Below, one piece after another: positions 52,304 through 52,768 of a DNA stretch of 52,768 nucleotides (positions are counted from its first letter, which is position 1; the number at the start of each line of letters is the position of its first letter). The DNA is from Candidatus Nomurabacteria bacterium RIFCSPHIGHO2_12_FULL_37_29 (GTDB lineage Bacteria > Patescibacteriota > Minisyncoccia > Phycocordibacterales > UBA9973). The stretch spans positions 1-52,768 of the forward strand of contig MFUJ01000013.1 in the NCBI GenBank assembly GCA_001785675.1, written 5' to 3'. A program made the position numbers and the translations under genes. The notes below the pieces were generated by a model. The model did no database searches. It saw nothing but the letters and a program-made list of their open reading frames with translations, and had not been told where the DNA came from.

Positions 52304-52768
52304 TTATTTCTTTTTTTTCTTCACGCACGCCTTTATAAAAGCGGTAAAAAGTGGATGGGGTCTTAATGGATGAGCCAGAAATTCTGGATGGAATTGCGTA
52401 CCTAGGAAAAAGGGATGTTTACCCTGACCGTTTCCTTGGGGTAGTTCAGCAATTTCCATCAAATGCCCATCAGGCGATCGGCCTGAAAAAACCAAGCCTT
52501 TCGCTTCTAGGTCACCAACAAATGCCGGACTCACTTCATAACGATGCCTATGTCGTTCTATTATTTCTTTTTTGCCATAGCTTAATTTTGCTAAAGTCTT
52601 GTCGCGCAGAATTGCTTTGTAAGCCCCCAAGCGCATCGACCCGCCGTATAAATTATTTTTCAAATGCTCCTTTTGGGATTCCATAACATCTATAACCATA
52701 TTTTTTGAATCTGGATTTACTTCTCTCGTATTGGCATCTTTAAGCCCTAAAACATTCCGCGCATATTC
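52304..52768 (-). CDS. pyrG: CTP synthase, C-terminal glutamine-amidotransferase part (5' end outside the window)
   Basis: EYARNVLGLKDANTREVNP..., MRLGAY, RHRHRYEV and LGTQFHPEF. The frame stays open to the window edge (465 nt, 155 codons). Confidence 0.92.
   Translation of the reverse strand, partial: EYARNVLGLKDANTREVNPDSKNMVIDVMESQKEHLKNNLYGGSMRLGAYKAILRDKTLAKLSYGKKEIIERHRHRYEVSPAFVGDLEAKGLVFSGRSPDGHLMEIAELPQGNGQGKHPFFLGTQFHPEFLAHPLRPHPLFTAFIKACVKKKKK

Noticed and set aside
1-52768. Possibility of an alternative genetic code (UGA recoded, as in some CPR lineages).
   Set aside because: TGA clearly terminates conserved genes at normal lengths (the tkt N-subunit ATGA overlap at 5811-5814, and the ABC exporter at 46952). 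All conserved proteins are intact under the standard code.

Overview
This is a compact, AT-rich bacterial chromosome segment of 52.8 kb. I count about 60 tightly packed CDS, mostly on the minus strand, plus one tRNA. I see no rRNA, CRISPR array, transposase, integrase or phage genes.

Gene content is mostly housekeeping:
- Replication and nucleotide metabolism: dnaE, nrdAB, guaA, pyrG.
- Translation: hisS, def, fmt, pth, hpf.
- Secretion and envelope: lepB, secG, mltG, htrA, dgkA.
- Other: rnj, msrA and msrB.
- A pentose-phosphate and lower-glycolysis cluster (PfkB kinase, split transketolase, RPE-like, rpiB, gap).
- A mannoside-phosphorylase-like cluster (three GH130 modules, PMI cupin, PMM, nucleotidyltransferase).
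- A LemA/TPM/metzincin envelope cluster.
- A Trx/DsbB/cyclophilin folding operon.
- Large secreted repeat proteins.

The style (split tkt, lamin-tail-domain proteins, DUF5679, reduced metabolism, no Shine-Dalgarno sites) fits a Candidate Phyla Radiation / Patescibacteria genome. That placement is an inference; no search was run.

Observations most worth follow-up:
1. A -10 box (usually TGnTAnAAT) sits 6-8 nt before the start codon of about 20 genes. This predicts pervasive leaderless mRNAs and revises several longest-ORF starts.
2. An 86-nt element occurs twice (20.1 kb and 37.2 kb). It has its own -10 box and a 56-nt three-helix fold supported by compensatory substitutions, so it is a candidate small RNA.
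3. Two otherwise unrelated genes share a promoter plus tandem-hairpin 5' leader module with covariation.
4. A 144-nt element has 19-bp perfect terminal inverted repeats flanked by ATTTAA direct repeats (MITE-like or a structured RNA).
5. An orphan NarL-type response regulator is GC-shifted and carries the only canonical AAGGAG ribosome-binding site I noticed, next to a FliA-like sigma factor.
6. A tRNA-Gln ends 2 nt before the start codon of the next gene.

All protein calls come from motifs read in the supplied translations. No database search or folding program was run.
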